In this document: piece by piece, positions 28,619-42,057 of the stretch | Position numbering within the stretch: the first letter of the stretch is position 1 | How the letters are laid out: each line of letters starts with the position of its first letter | Position numbers and translations under genes: made by a program | The notes under the pieces: model-generated | What the model was told of the DNA's origin: nothing | Database searches by the model: none | What the model saw: the letters and a program-made list of their open reading frames with translations, nothing else | Source: Octopus vulgaris | Taxonomy: Eukaryota | DNA: 64,000 bases | Direction of reading: 5' to 3' | Assembly (NCBI GenBank): GCA_951406725.2 | Contig: OX597818.1 | Location: 78,058,001-78,122,000 of the forward strand

Positions 28619-28970
28619 TCTTTTCTTGCTGCCCAAGAAGTAAATTAATAGTTTACCTGTTACTTTTTACACACCAGTGCAAGTCTGACCATGGGAATGA
28701 TCGGAATGGCCTGGAATAAAACTGAATTTTCAATCTATTATTTTATATTCGTTATTTATTATGTCAATGTCTTGTCTGTGAGACAATGGAGAGGTCGAAG
28801 GTGGAAGCAGCCGTTAGATTGTACCCAGGACATTAGTTGGCATTAATCCAGACTTCAACACGGGCCATCTCGACTTGCTCTGGATTTAGTAGTTTTTTTC
28901 TCCATTTATGTCTAAAATTACATTTACCTCTCAGCCGTTACTCTCTTACCACTCCATTTCTTCTAGTTCT

Positions 28971-29001
<31 letters not shown>

Positions 29002-29470
29002 ACCTTTTCTTCAATTCTCTTTCCCCTCTTCACTTCCTTCAATTCTCTCTCTCTCTCTCTCTCAATCTTTCTTCTCCCACCTCCTTCAAGTCTGTCTCTT
29101 TCTTTCGCTTTCATTTTCTCCCTTTCTTGAACCCTCTCTCGTTCGCCTTCGCCTTCTCCTCTTCCTTCAATTCTCTGTATTTTGCCGAGAAGGACGGATA
29201 GTATTTATCTACACTGCATCTGATATATCGGATAATATCAACTATAATGTTATGTGTTATATTTGAGTGACATCCTATGTCAATCTTGTACCTATCTCTG
29301 ACTCACATCATGTCTAATATCTCCAACGTCATTGTTACACCATGTGTTATGCTTCCTGCTTTTTACTTACATCGCCTTTTATGTCACCGACTTCTAAGTG
29401 ACATCATGTATTATAGGCCACCACACTGATTGTTCAACATTACACAGTATGTTACATAGTTCAGAAGCAC

Positions 29471-29526
<56 letters not shown>

Positions 29527-29969
29527 ATGTGCCTTTGTCTAATCTATTCGTCTCATACAGGGTCAATATTTGAAATCAGCACAAGTTAAAGAAATGTACC
29601 CGTCACAAACATTGTTCCTTTTACGCACATACGCACACGTACAGATCCTAGTCTGTGGGTAAGCTGTGATACGATGTGATCTTCCACAAGGCCTCCGACA
29701 CTGGTGGAAGGGAGGAAGGATATTTCAAATCTGTAGGCCTAATGTGAATGCCTGCTGCATAATAGACCCCTACCAAAGGCACACAAAGTGCCAAGTGGTG
29801 GTGTTGGTGGTGTTAAACCGGGTGACGTATTAAGTCTATTATTCAATTAATCCGTATCGGGATTTGAACTCGGAATAAAGATCAGGGGGCAAATATTACA
29901 AGACATACCAATCTATCACCTTAGATGGGCATATGTATTTTTGTTTTCTGGATAAAATCGCAAATTCAG

Positions 29970-30160
29970 GCTAAAATCGCAATCTGTGTATCCTACTTAA
30001 TACAAATACATCGTAGAAAGTCGAACTGACCGCCATATTTGTCCGGAGATATCTCTTATAGCTATTCATAAAAGATATTATCTCCAGATAAATACTGCAG
30101 TTAATATGGATTTCTGTGATGTATTTGCATAAGTATGATACACAGATTACTATTTTAAAC
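29970..30160. repeat. Diverged inverted repeat / fold-back element
   Basis: aatctgtgtatc..tacaaatacatc against gatgtatttgca..gatacacagatt; inner ggagata/tatctcc. Confidence 0.75.
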
Positions 30161-30722
30161 TAATGCTGCTTTGTTATACATAAAGAATTTCTATTCAGCC
30201 AGCAGCCTAATTGTAACATCATTAACTATTCAATCACCGTTTTCTTGCACCTGAATTTCTAAAAGTCAGACGTAGACATTTAGAAGTGGACAGATGTTTT
30301 GTCTATATCTGAACATATCTCAGCTATGGTAAATTAGTGAATTTTGTTATCTAACAACAGATGTCTTCCATATTGTAAACTGAAGAAGAAACAAAAACCC
30401 ACTTATAGAACCATACAATAGTAGAATGAACCGACGATTGTGTGTTTATGTGGTAATTTGATATGCTAGAAAGAGAAAACAAATATCCGTCATATTACAA
30501 CATGCTCTCTTGAAAACAGGAAAAGCACCTTGAACAATACACTATGCTTGAAGAAGAAAAAAAAAGGGATCGGATGATCAAGTTAGGAAGGAAGGATTTT
30601 GTCATATTGTTCAGGCTTGACTTAGAACTAAAGATTAACTAACTAGCACAAACATAGAAAATATCCTTGGCTATCAACAAAAGTTATGATCAGTAAATAA
30701 AATGGGACGAATCAGTGATATT

Positions 30723-30753
<31 letters not shown>

Positions 30754-30764
30754 GAAGAAGAAGA

Positions 30765-33700
30765 ATTTCGTTATAAACCACTGAAGGCTTACAAGTAGAT
30801 CGCGGGTGGTGCAGGACGATATAGTATGATATGGCATGATATGATGGTGGTGATGGGGTTGCATAAAGGCATGTAAAGAGATAAAATAACAAAAACAAAA
30901 ATTGAAGCAAGAAAATTCCCTAAAAACGGGAGACTTCTAAGGGCGTTCATGAAAACCCCAACAAAACCAAAGTCACCCTAACCACTAGTGCAAGCGGCCT
31001 CCGCTTCTCCTCCTCCTCCTCCTTCTCCTCCTCTTCCTTCAATTTATATGCGCATGCTTAGAGTAGGCCCGTTTATTCAGACCATCCTTGTTACATTCAC
31101 CCATCTTTCAACAGATTTGCTGCAAAGCAGCATTTGCCTCTTCACCCTCACTTTCCTTTTCACGTAGAACTTGAAAAAGATAACGAGTACTTGGCAAAGA
31201 GGGAAGTGTCTGTCTTCGGCCCTTTCAGTCTAGTCCTCTACACAACCACTTTCGCTAAGTCCGCCAGGAAGATAAATTCTATCCGTCCTTCTCGGTCAAA
31301 AGAAAGAGGCGGGATGATCTTCACAGTGGACTTAGCCGATAGCCGGACCCGTCCTACACGCGACAGCAGCTGTTCGACATAAGCTCACAAGTCAGCTATG
31401 CTCGAACACTGGACAAGAACGTGCAGTATGATCGCTTCTGTGCACATCTTGGACACGCCCAACAGGCGGTACTTTCATGCTTGTTGACTTTATTTCGAAC
31501 CGGTAGTACTACCAGGCCAGAGATTTCTAGAAACTATCGGTGGGTTCTGGTCCGAAAGTCTTCCGGAGAAGATCAGCCAGTTGATTCTCGTCAGTGCTCA
31601 GAATCTCGCTGAGAACGTCGTCGCTCTTGTCTGCCACTAAATCTTTGTAGAATGCCAAAGCGGCACCTCCACCGACTACATTGCCTGATTGGCAAAGAGA
31701 TGTGAACGCCTGACGGCACTGTAGGTGTTAGGCTTCCTGCCAAGCATGATTCGTTCCATTTTCCGTTGGGCTACAATTAGGGCGTTGATCTATATAGCCA
31801 ACGATTTTAAAATATGAACAACTAGTGTTATCCTAACTACCGACCAATAGAATACTATACCAAGATACGACTTAGATGACCCGATGCAATATGCCCATGT
31901 CCACATTGCACATCTGCATATCTGGGAAATGCAGTCGCTATCTTTCAGACAAGTGGAAACTATCCCCACACAATCCAAGCGTGCATCCAAGATGGTGTTT
32001 CAGTTGTCCACTGACACTAAAAAGAAGACGTTCCCAGGAAAACCTCCACACGTCTGAAGAAATCTGGATATACTGCTCCTATCGGAAAATAAACAGCTAC
32101 TAGTTTGAAGGTACTTCCGTTGCTACTGATCTCATCCAGGACCACCAACTTACCTTCTGGGTCCAAGATAGTCCGTTTCTTAAGATCCTTACTTTTCCGA
32201 AAAAATACTGTCACTTCACTTCCCATTCCTGGTCGACATGGAAATAAATCTCGCGTCCATCGAAAATTGGAATGGAATCTTAATGATCGGAAACTTTGGT
32301 GTCGTTGATGGCAACCCCGTCTATATTCAGTGATGTGATGTCGTTGAGCAGATGGCCCTGCTTCTCGGATGATCTCAAGCCACGTACATTTATTCTGCCC
32401 ATTCTGTACACAGCTATGTTTGATAAGAGGAATGAGAAAAAAATAACTTTATTTATTTAGAGGAATGGGTGTTTCGTCACTCATGCTATGTATGGATATT
32501 TCTACAAGCAGCTTTTCCTAATTTTTTTATTTCTAAGTCTGATCGAAAGCTTCCTACTTCTCTTGGGTATCTATATCTTAAAATGATTGGGTGCTGCAAA
32601 AACTTTGGATAATTTTTATGTGGTGGAACGATGTTGGTTAATGTGATGTAGTTATCGAGTGTGATGTTAGTATTTTCGAGTGTATGGTGCATTAGTTTAA
32701 TATTTGTATTTATGGCTGTGTATTTATTGTCTCTTTTGACGTACTGGGGGAAATGTTCTGACTTTTGGTGTGTGTATATGTCTGAATTTATTGGTGCTTG
32801 TGATAATGGTGTCTATGAAAGCGAAGATAATGTGTTGATATTACTGATGTAGCAGCTGTTGGGTGTGTAGGAGTATAGCTGCTCGAAGGCACCTAATCAA
32901 ATTGTCGTTTTGTTTTCCTTTTTTATCTTTGTTACTGACTGGTCACCTCCACTACATGACATGTCTGTGCGATGTGAGTCGAGGAGGAATATTATGTCTT
33001 GAGGAGGTTTGTTGTGTTGTTTCTTGATATAGTTGTTGATTTGAGGGTTTCTGTTGCTGCTGCTGTCTGTGATGTGGTGATCTTTGATGTTGGCATGTTT
33101 TCTGTTGTTTTAGTTGCTGTTGCTTCCACTATTGTCGTTGATACTGTAGATGTTGCAGTTACTGTTGCTGCTACTGATATTATTGCAGATTTTACTTTTG
33201 GTATTGTTGTTGTAGTACTAACTAGTCTTTCCTTTGTTGTGAACAGAAAGCCTTGAGATGGCTTGTGTTACTCCACAAGCGATACCTTGACCTTCTTCCT
33301 TCAACGGTCGCGTGTAGTTTTGTACCATCTAGTAGACTAAATCTGGAATAGCTTCCATGCTTTGGTATTCCGTTTGGATCAGTAGCTCCATCAGTAGGCT
33401 CGACCACTGTTGTTTCTTCTCTATGTCGAAGAGGGCCACCGCTACCAACGAGCAAATGTTGATTTCTTGGAAGGGGAGCACGTTGACTATTTTTATCTTA
33501 AGCACATTTCGGCCAAAGTGAACTGAAATGACGACCTGTTCATCACTCATTAGGTTGGTTGTGGAGTGCTTTCTTGCCTTGTTTTCTGTAGCGAATCCCA
33601 TATCTACAGTATCGAACAGCTCTGACTGTGCATGTTTTTGCGCCCCAGACTGGTCTGAGGCAATTTTCAATCTGCTGCTGTGCCGATGTTCCGTTTCTTT

Positions 33701-34472
33701 ATTTTGCCTTTTGTGACTATAGTTTTATATATATCACTGTTCTAAGGTTGGTTTGTTGCTGGATAAATTTTAGAATATTGACAATCATGTTTTTCGGCCA
33801 CATTTCACCAGGATGGATTTTACATTTTTTATTTCTTTAATATCAATAAAAGTTTCTTCGCTTATTTGATGCATCACGTTGGTGAAACCCCTAACGTTAA
33901 ATTTGCAGATTTTGTTTACCCTTACTTTTGGGCTGGCGTGAATGGTGGAGATGGCAGTGGAAATTGCAGGTGTGTTGAATGGAAAATTGGATTTTTTGTT
34001 TTCGCTCTCTCGTTTAAATTTTGTCGTTGTTTTTTTCTTGTTTTGATATTTTTTTTTCTTGTTTTGATGTTTTTTTTCTCAGTTGCCTCGTTGTTGTTCT
34101 TAGTTTTTGTTGTGTCAAATGTGGTGATGTTGCTTTCACTTCCTTTTTCATATAAGTTTTTGCTGTTATTGTTATATATATATTATCTTTCAACTATTGT
34201 AGATGGTGGGGGGGGGGGGGGATATTTTCATAATGGCTATTCCAAGAGCGATCATCTCCATTTGAGAAATTATATTGCTTTTTGTATTAAAATATGTAAT
34301 TTTGCCAATTTAAGTTCCAAAATACGCCCTTAAGGAACGAATATTTCGCAAAACCAACTCATTGTAGAGAAAATGTGTTGGCTTGTTAACTAGATGGTAC
34401 AACAAAATTACAAATAACAATCTCTGAAAAAAAAATTCAACAATGCCTCAGGAGCTTCGAACATTCAAACTT
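30765..34472 (-). mobile_element. Tx1/L1-clade LINE, decayed, RT domain internally deleted
   Basis: ORF1-like VVISVHFGRNVLKIKIVNV. APE endonuclease IGRINVRGLRS, DPEGKLVVLD, LVAVYFP, LDARLD. This runs directly into the C-terminal CPRC..LHVLVQC zinc knuckle and ERWVNVTRM. The 3' end abuts (TAA)n. Confidence 0.8.
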
Positions 34473-34502
34473 CCCTTGCAAGTATAATAATCATAATTCT
34501 CC

Positions 34503-34918
34503 TTTTTACTATAGGCACAAGGCCTGAAAATTTGGAGGAAGAATTAAGTCGATTACATCGACTCCAATGCTCACAGGGTACTTGTTCTCTTAACCCCGAA
34601 AGGATGAAAAGCAAAGTCAACTTCGATGGAATGTGCACTCAGAATATAAAGTCGGGCGAAATGCTGCTAGTCACGTCACCTTTTTAATAATAACAATAAT
34701 AATTAAGGCGGTGAACTGGCAGAAACACTTGCATGCTGGGCAAAATGCTTAGCGGCATTTTGTCCGTCTTTACGTTTAAAGTTCACATTCCGTTGAGGTC
34801 GACTTTGTCTTTCAGCTTTTCGGGTTTAATAAAATAAGTGCCAATTGAACACTGGGTTCGATGTAATCGGTTGACCTTTCTCTCAAAACTTCAGGCCTTG
34901 TCCTATTGTAGAAAGAAT
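34503..34918. mobile_element. Head-to-head pair of family B SINEs
   Basis: Minus copy 34503-34680 and plus copy 34706-34918 around a short TAA tract. Confidence 0.7.
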
Positions 34919-35835
34919 TATTGCTGGCCAGAATAATTAACTAATAACCGTCGCACTAAATGACTCGATTTTTGTTTCTTATAACAAAGGCATACCAAAG
35001 ATTTCTCAGTTTTTTAGAATCAATCATATAAAAAGACAAAAAAACAAAAGCTATCCCCCATTAACCCCCCCCCCCCCAATAATACAAACCAAGTGAAGGA
35101 CTATACTCTGTTAGTATTTCAAGAAGTTATTTATTATTCATAGCTTGAATACGTAATAATACTAAGCTTCGTAGTTGTTTTAATAGACTTTCCTTACTGC
35201 TGACCTATTTATTCATTCACTTATTCATTCCTGCTTTGTTGTTGTCGACGCTGAGATCAGTTAGATCAGTTAATGAGTAGATGAAAAGATTGAAATATTA
35301 ATTTGCTAACTCAGTGGTTTAAATAGAAACAGAAATGGTTCAGAAAGTCCTTCGCATAAGATCCTTTACGTTTTGGTGTTGCTGAATCCTAGCTTGAAAT
35401 TTTCTACAAGTTTATTACACGAGGTTTTCGTAGATTAATTTAATCAAGTGGTCAGTGATCAGTGTGTTGTACCCCAACTTCTACTCACAAGTTCGATATG
35501 GCTCAACCAGGTGACACGATATGAAAATATTCTTGCTCTTCCTACTCTACAGTTGAGTGATTTACTATAAAAAATCAACAAACTGGAAAAAAAGTCAACA
35601 AACTAGAAAGTAAATTACCATAACTTACTTGTGAAATTATTATATAATAGAAAAATATATATGGCAGTCTCTCTCACTCTCCTATAATATTTTATATATA
35701 ACGGCTAAAATTACAACTAGATTTCACTAAAGATGAAAAAATACGAAACTTAAGTTGGAAGCTACGAAGTTTTATTTTGAAAATTAAGCAATAAAGAAAA
35801 CCCCAAATCGGTTTCTTGTACAGAGCACAAGTTCA

Positions 35836-35889
<54 letters not shown>

Positions 35890-36135
35890 GTACGCGCACG
35901 GTTACTTTTCATACCAACTCTTCTGACCAGCTCCGTCTTAGGTTTTCCCTAATTGTGCGCAAAACCGATTAGTAAAGTTTGTTAAATGGATCTATTACAT
36001 TATATATATATATATATATATATTGGCCTGCTCGCTTAGCCAGCGGGGTGGCGTCATTCGAAGGCTAAAACAATGCGACCGCATTGTGACCAGCGATGTG
36101 TAACAACATCTGATGGTCTGGTCGGTCACGTGATT

Positions 36136-36193
<58 letters not shown>

Positions 36194-36769
36194 CGCAACA
36201 CGTGACCGATGATGAAAAAATTCTCTACTCCACTTTTATATCCAGTGTAGTTAAACGAAGGCCATCAAACCTCTGGATATGTTTGCGAGCGGAATTCGAG
36301 CAAGTAATAGTAATATTAAACTCAGTAAATGTAATTGATATTGTATGCTTTGCAAAACATGTTTCGGTAGGTCGGCTGTCATTATTACGCAAGGCAAGAC
36401 ATTTCATTAGATTTTGTAATACAGCTGAGTTACCTCCTCAGCGTTGAGGAGATGAATCGACTGCATCACGTCGTTTGATTGACTCGCCCTGTATAATGAG
36501 GACAATTGATTTACTGAAACGTGTGTATGTTTTATAAAGTTTAGAATAACAATTATGCTTTGTGTTTATATGCACACAGGCTTGTCCCACGCGGTGGGGG
36601 CGTTGCGTTTCTCAAACTCATACCCTAGCACAATCTATTTCCCCTTGATTTCCATAGTATAAACTAAGATACTTTCTAACAGAATTTTTTAGAAAAGACA
36701 TATAACCAGTTTTATGAATGAAAATAACTACTTCGAAATATGCACAAAATGCAATAAAATCATTGTAGG

Positions 36770-38330
36770 ATTCATACTCATTGCAAAAGATGTCGATTGT
36801 TGTATGATGGTCAGTAATGCAATGGGAGTTATTTGTAAGGAGAGCAGTATTACTTTCTGTCTTATAGATCATTGTCTTCGGCATCAGTTTCAAAGTTGAA
36901 GAACTTTCCTAAAGATTTTTGATGCAACTCAGAGTAGGAACTGAATTCGCTATGAACTCCTCTGGTAATTTTTATGTAAAGTTGACAATTAGGATCGTTA
37001 TAAGCAGTGTTGAGTTAGTGGAGCTTCTGTATTCTCTTTTTCATCTGCAGTTCACCCTTGTTCTATTAGCATTTACTTCTCATCTGACAAAGTTTCCCTA
37101 TAGGATGGTAGCAGCTTGACCGTAGCATATTTTACAACTTATTTAAATTCTTAATGATTTATATGTGCCATAATATCTTTCTGGATTTGATGTTTACTTT
37201 TTAGTGATGAAAAACTTGTAAAGATACGGATGATGTCTGATCGTTTGATTTCACAAGAATCATTCATTGCTGGAAGTTTCACTTCACCCTATGACTCGTA
37301 TATGTTATCTAGAATATCTATAATTCTGAAGTTTTATCCAGGTGTCTTTAACTGTAGGTTTATTTTCTCTATTAATTACTCTCATGAGTTGTTTCGAAGC
37401 TCTTCTCAAATAATATATTTTGAAGTTGTTGCCACACCATGATTATTGGCAGGAACAAAGATGGCAAGATGATATACTATTGAGAGTTTTATCCACCCAC
37501 ACGTTATCAGAAAAATAATTCAATAGGTGACTTAGTGCATTGATTAAAAGAAGCAATGCTTTGCTGGAAATATTATGTCTGGTACCATACTTTTTAACAG
37601 TAGAACAGAAAAAGTTTGCAAACCAGTCATGGAAAATGCTCGTAGATGTCGAAGCCTTTTTACCAACAAATCACAAGATTACTCTTAATGTAGTCGAAAA
37701 ATCAATGGATTTTCGGAGTGATTTACAAGGAGATGACTTCAATTTTCTATCGACAACAGCATTTCCTCCGATGAGAAGCGTCTGATAAATTTTGCAAGAT
37801 TTTAAAGCTGGGTGTTGATTTTCCTACTTGGAATAATTATTAGCAGGCAGCACTTCCAGAAACACCTAGTTTTATCAACAAAATATATTTGTTCTGGCAC
37901 ATAGCTTCTTTTAGCAATCATTTTCTTCAACTCCTCATTAATAACAGCCTCTGTATCAGCACTGGCAGTTTCACCAGTAATTTTACATTTGTACAAAACA
38001 AGGCACCTCTTCTAACTTTCAAACCAGCTTTTACTAACAAAATGCGTTTTACATCAGAAGTTACATCTTCCACTTTTTGTAAATCACAAAAAGTTTTAGT
38101 TCTCGCATCAATGACCATTGTGTTTATCGGTACACTATGTCCAGTCTAATGGCTGATCTACATATTTAAAAGGCTTTTCACATTAAGTAATCACATCGAA
38201 CTTACGAAAAAAGAAAAACAAAACAGTATCCAGACACTCAAAGAAGTAGCTGCTTGACTACTTGACGTACTTTTGTCTATACTGTTATCTATTGTTCCTT
38301 CTGTAGACATTGCAAACTTTCATGTTATTT
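36770..38330 (-). mobile_element. Tigger/pogo transposon remnant
   Basis: KITGETASADTEA..ELKKMI..YVPEQIYFVDKT..FWK, FKIYYLRRA, LLPSYRETLSDE. Many stops. Confidence 0.85.
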
Positions 38331-38348
38331 CAGTAAAGTCTTCCTTTA

Positions 38349-38582
38349 AGGCGTCGAGCTGGCAGAAACGTTAGCACGCCGGGCGAAATGCGCAGCCGTA
38401 TTTCGTCTGCCGTTACGTTCTGAGTTCAAATTCCGCCGAGGTCGACTTTGCCTGTCATCCTTTCGGGGTCGATTAAATAAGTACCAGTTACGCGCTGGGG
38501 TCGATATAATCGACTTAATCCGTTTGTCTGTCCTTGTTTGTTCCTTCTGTGTTTAGCCCCTTGTGGGTAGTAAAGAAATAGG
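38349..38582 (+). mobile_element. SINE family B (young copy)
   Basis: Near-identical to 8841-9070. Confidence 0.88.
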
Positions 38583-39536
38583 TATTTCAGTAAGGTCTTT
38601 CGTGTCAAATCTTTGTAAACCACCAAGTTTAACATCCAGTATAACTCCTTTACGACTCCTTTTGGCACTGCTACCTTTAATTCAACTTGATGACCTCTTC
38701 CCAGTAATCTTGAATAAAGTCGATGCACTTTTATTAAATCCAAAGGCAGAGAATAAACAAGAAATCTACACCAAAAGTTAAACTGTAGAATCTAAGGAAA
38801 ACAGTTATGTTCTGCGCCAGCAAAAGACAGTGACTCTGTTATTTCAAACGCAAAGAAACTAAATGAATACAAGAGAAAGGTGAAGGCTTGATGTTGAAAG
38901 ATGAGAGATGTAGGATATTTGAGGAAATTTCTGTACAACTCAAGTTAGCCAGGTCCCCATTTGTTGAGTGGATCTGGTGCAAACGAGATGGGTAATTGAG
39001 GGTACAGAGTGGTGTCGGCAAGAATGTTGAGAACAATGAAAAAAGGTGCTGGGTAAGGGGAGAGAGTGAACAACTTTTGGAAAGAATGTTCAGTGCACTA
39101 AAAATAAATAGATTTTGAGAAGTAAATTGTAACCTGTAAACAGATATGTAGAAAGAAGGGAGACAGGAAATAAGAGAGGTTGGGCAAATGGAAAGTGTCA
39201 CATCAAATTATATAATCATGATATCATGCTTTTAGTTTTCTTTTAAATTGTTGAAATTTATCCCAAATTTCAGGAATTATGTTGAAATTACAAGCTGTAT
39301 CCTGAAATTAGTTGTCATAAATTATAATTCTCATTAAGTGCAGAATTCCGTAACCAGTGTTTCTGTAATGTGGTGTATTTCAGTGCATTTACACACAGTG
39401 TGTGTGTATGTGTGTTTGCAATATATTTAGGAATATTTGAGTATACTAACGAACTATTTGATGGTGCATGTTGTATTCAAATGTTCAAATGGCAGACAAA
39501 AATCATCGTCGTCAGCATCATCATCATCGCCATTAA

Positions 39537-39575
<39 letters not shown>

Positions 39576-39758
39576 CATTATTATCATATGACGGCAGCCA
39601 GGTAATCGGTGGAAAAAATACTTTGCGATATTTCTTCCAGCACTTTACAGTCTGAGTTCAAATCTGGCCAAGGTCAACTTTGTCTTTCATCTTTCCGGAG
39701 TCGATAAATTAAAGTACCAGTCAGGTACTAGAAATCTTTTTTGTTTTTTTTATTATCA

Positions 39759-39844
39759 TTCTTCTTCTTCTTCTTCTTCTTCTTCTTCTTCTTCTTCTTC
39801 TTCTTCTTCTTCTTCTTCTTCTTCTTCTTCTTCTTCTTCTTCTT

Positions 39845-39875
<31 letters not shown>

Positions 39876-39892
39876 TTATTATTATTATTATT
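39759..39892. repeat. (TTC)n followed by (TTA)n microsatellite
   Basis: Direct reading of the sequence. Confidence 0.97.
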
Positions 39893-40314
39893 CAGTTGTT
39901 TTATTTTTGTAGCGTGCTTTCAATTCACTACCGAGCGCAGCTCTGTGTGCCTTGGGTATGTGCTGTGATTTGTTGTGATGCTCTGATGGTTACTGTATTG
40001 AAAGTGTTTTGCGTAGGATGTGTGCAGTGCCCACTAGTGCAATTTTCTGTATGTTATATGTGTTCGTAAGTCCTGGTGTTTTTGTTATGTATTTGTCTGA
40101 ATATTTTTTTATCATGCCTAATGCTCCTACTATGATAGGAATTGTTTCTGTTTTTAGATTCCACATTCGAGTTACCTCTATTTCCAGGTCTTTGTATTTT
40201 GAAAGTTTCTCCATTTCTTTTAGAGACACGTTGTCATCTGCTGGTATTGATACATCAATTAGAAAGCATTTTTTTTCTTCATGATCTCTGACAACTATAT
40301 CTGGTCTATTGGCC

Positions 40315-40316
<2 letters not shown>
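39893..40316 (-). mobile_element. 5'-truncated Dong/R4-type non-LTR retrotransposon (REL endonuclease + 3' UTR) in (TAA)n
   Basis: NRPDIVV..KKCFLIDVSIP..EKLSKYKDL..IPIIVGALG..IQKIALVGTAHILRKTL*. (TAA)n on both sides, which is the known Dong target. Confidence 0.9.
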
Positions 40317-40357
<41 letters not shown>

Positions 40358-40376
40358 TTTCTCTTGTATTTTTTAG

Positions 40377-40491
40377 GAAAACATGCCAACTACAAAGACC
40401 AAAACAAGGAAAAATCGACGTCGCTGGATACTTATTTGTGTAGCTCTCATTGTCTTGTTCATTGTTGTCTTCATCCCAGTCTATAATTTAA
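40377..40491 (+). CDS. Exon: cytoplasmic basic tail + type II signal anchor of an LDLa-domain membrane protein
   Basis: ttttag acceptor and a|gtaagt donor. Encodes (EN)MPTTKTKTRKNRRRWILICVALIVLFIVVFIPVYNL and ends in phase 1. Confidence 0.78.
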
Positions 40492-41828
40492 GTAAGTCCT
40501 ACACCACACCTATCTACTCTTGTTCCACTAAACCCTTTTTTTAGTCAATGAAAAATCTGTTGTGTTTTGTTTTGCTGTTGCTGTCTTGCTATTCTTGTTT
40601 CCATCTCTGTTGTTATTATTATTATTGAGGTTACGAAAGGTGATGAGCTGGCAGAATCATTAGCATGCCAGACATATTGCTTAGTAGTATTTTATCCATC
40701 TTTACATTCTGGGTTCAAATTCCTCCATGGTCAACTTTGCCTTTCATCTTTTTGGGGTTGATAAATTAAGTCCTACACCACACCTATCTACTCTTGTTCT
40801 ACTAAACCCTTTTTTTTAGTCAATGCCATCGACTATCACCCTCCTCTCAAATTTCAGGCCTTGTGCCTATCATAGAATTGTTAGCATGCTGGGGAAAATG
40901 CTTAGTGGCATTTCGTCTGTCTTCGTGTTCTGTGTTCAAATTCCACCGAGGTCAGCTTTGCCTTTCACCTTTATAGGGTTGATGAAATAAATACCAGTTG
41001 AGTACTGGGGTCGACTTACCCATTCCCCTGAAATTATTATCATTATTATTATTGAGTGGCAAAATAGCAGATTTAAGATGTTGGATAGAAATGCTTAGTG
41101 GCATTTCATTGGTCTTCACATTCTGAATTCAAATTCCATGAGGTCGACAATACCTTTAGTCCTTTTGGCATTGATATAATAAGTACCAACTAACTGAGCA
41201 CTGAAATTGATGTTATTTACTTGCCTATGCTGCCAAAATTTCAGGCCTTATGCCTATAACAGAGGAGGTCATTATTATGATTGTTGGCAGTGACATGGTT
41301 GAGTTGTTAAGTCATTTGATAGAATGTCTTGTGGTTGGTAATCTGTTCTGACTTCCTGCACCCTGAGCTCAAGTTTCACTGAAGTCAGCTTTGTCTTTCA
41401 TCTTTTAAAGTGGATGAAAAAAAATGCTAGTCTAAGATGGTGGATTGATGAAACTGAATTACTTTGGGATTAGATGCTTTTTTGTATTTGTTCCATTTCT
41501 TTGTGTTTTGATTTCAAATCCCACCCTGGCCTACTTGACATTTGGTACCCAAGGTGACTTTAGTAAAGCCTATTCTGTGACAAGCAGTCAAGCCAGGTTC
41601 CCTGTTTGAGGATATCTTCTCCCACCACCCATGAGGATCCAGTAAAGTGTCATGGATGGGCATTACATTCTCAAGTGAATGACTTGAGTCTGTGATGAGC
41701 TTTAGGAGTCATAAGGCCAGAAATAATCCTCTGAGTCAAGACCTGGCCTCAGTGCTTGCTACAGAGTGGCTTCTACTAAGTGTACATAATGTCCAGATGG
41801 TAGTGTTAAACCATGGGATTTTCTAGGT

Positions 41829-42057
41829 TTAACTCTTTAGCATTCAGATTATTCTGTCATATATAATGCTCTTTCATTCATGTTGCTCTTAATTAATCAT
41901 GCATTATCTCATAGCTTTGATATTTTGATGATGTGATAGTATATTTTTAGAATGGCATTGAAGGTTAGGTGTGATAGGCTGGATTTAGATGGTTAGAACA
42001 TAAACCAAGTAGCATATGTGGGTCGGATATGGCTGGTTTAAATGTTAAAAGGGTTAT
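41829..42057. mobile_element. piggyBac-like MITE
   Basis: TTAA-ctctttagcatt ... aatgttaaaaggg-TTAT ends. An inverted copy lies at about 48585-48805. Confidence 0.6.

Noticed and set aside
29561-30420. Possible upstream exons with AG/GT signals
   Set aside because: No recognisable protein features, and the phases do not chain to the TM exon.
36202-36447. 81-aa ORF with a phase-0 donor (tcg|gtaggt) as first exon
   Set aside because: GTG start and no homology evidence; cannot be supported without transcripts.
38839-39201. 120-aa minus-strand ORF
   Set aside because: Low-complexity, possibly an ancient LINE RT relic; motifs too degraded to call.
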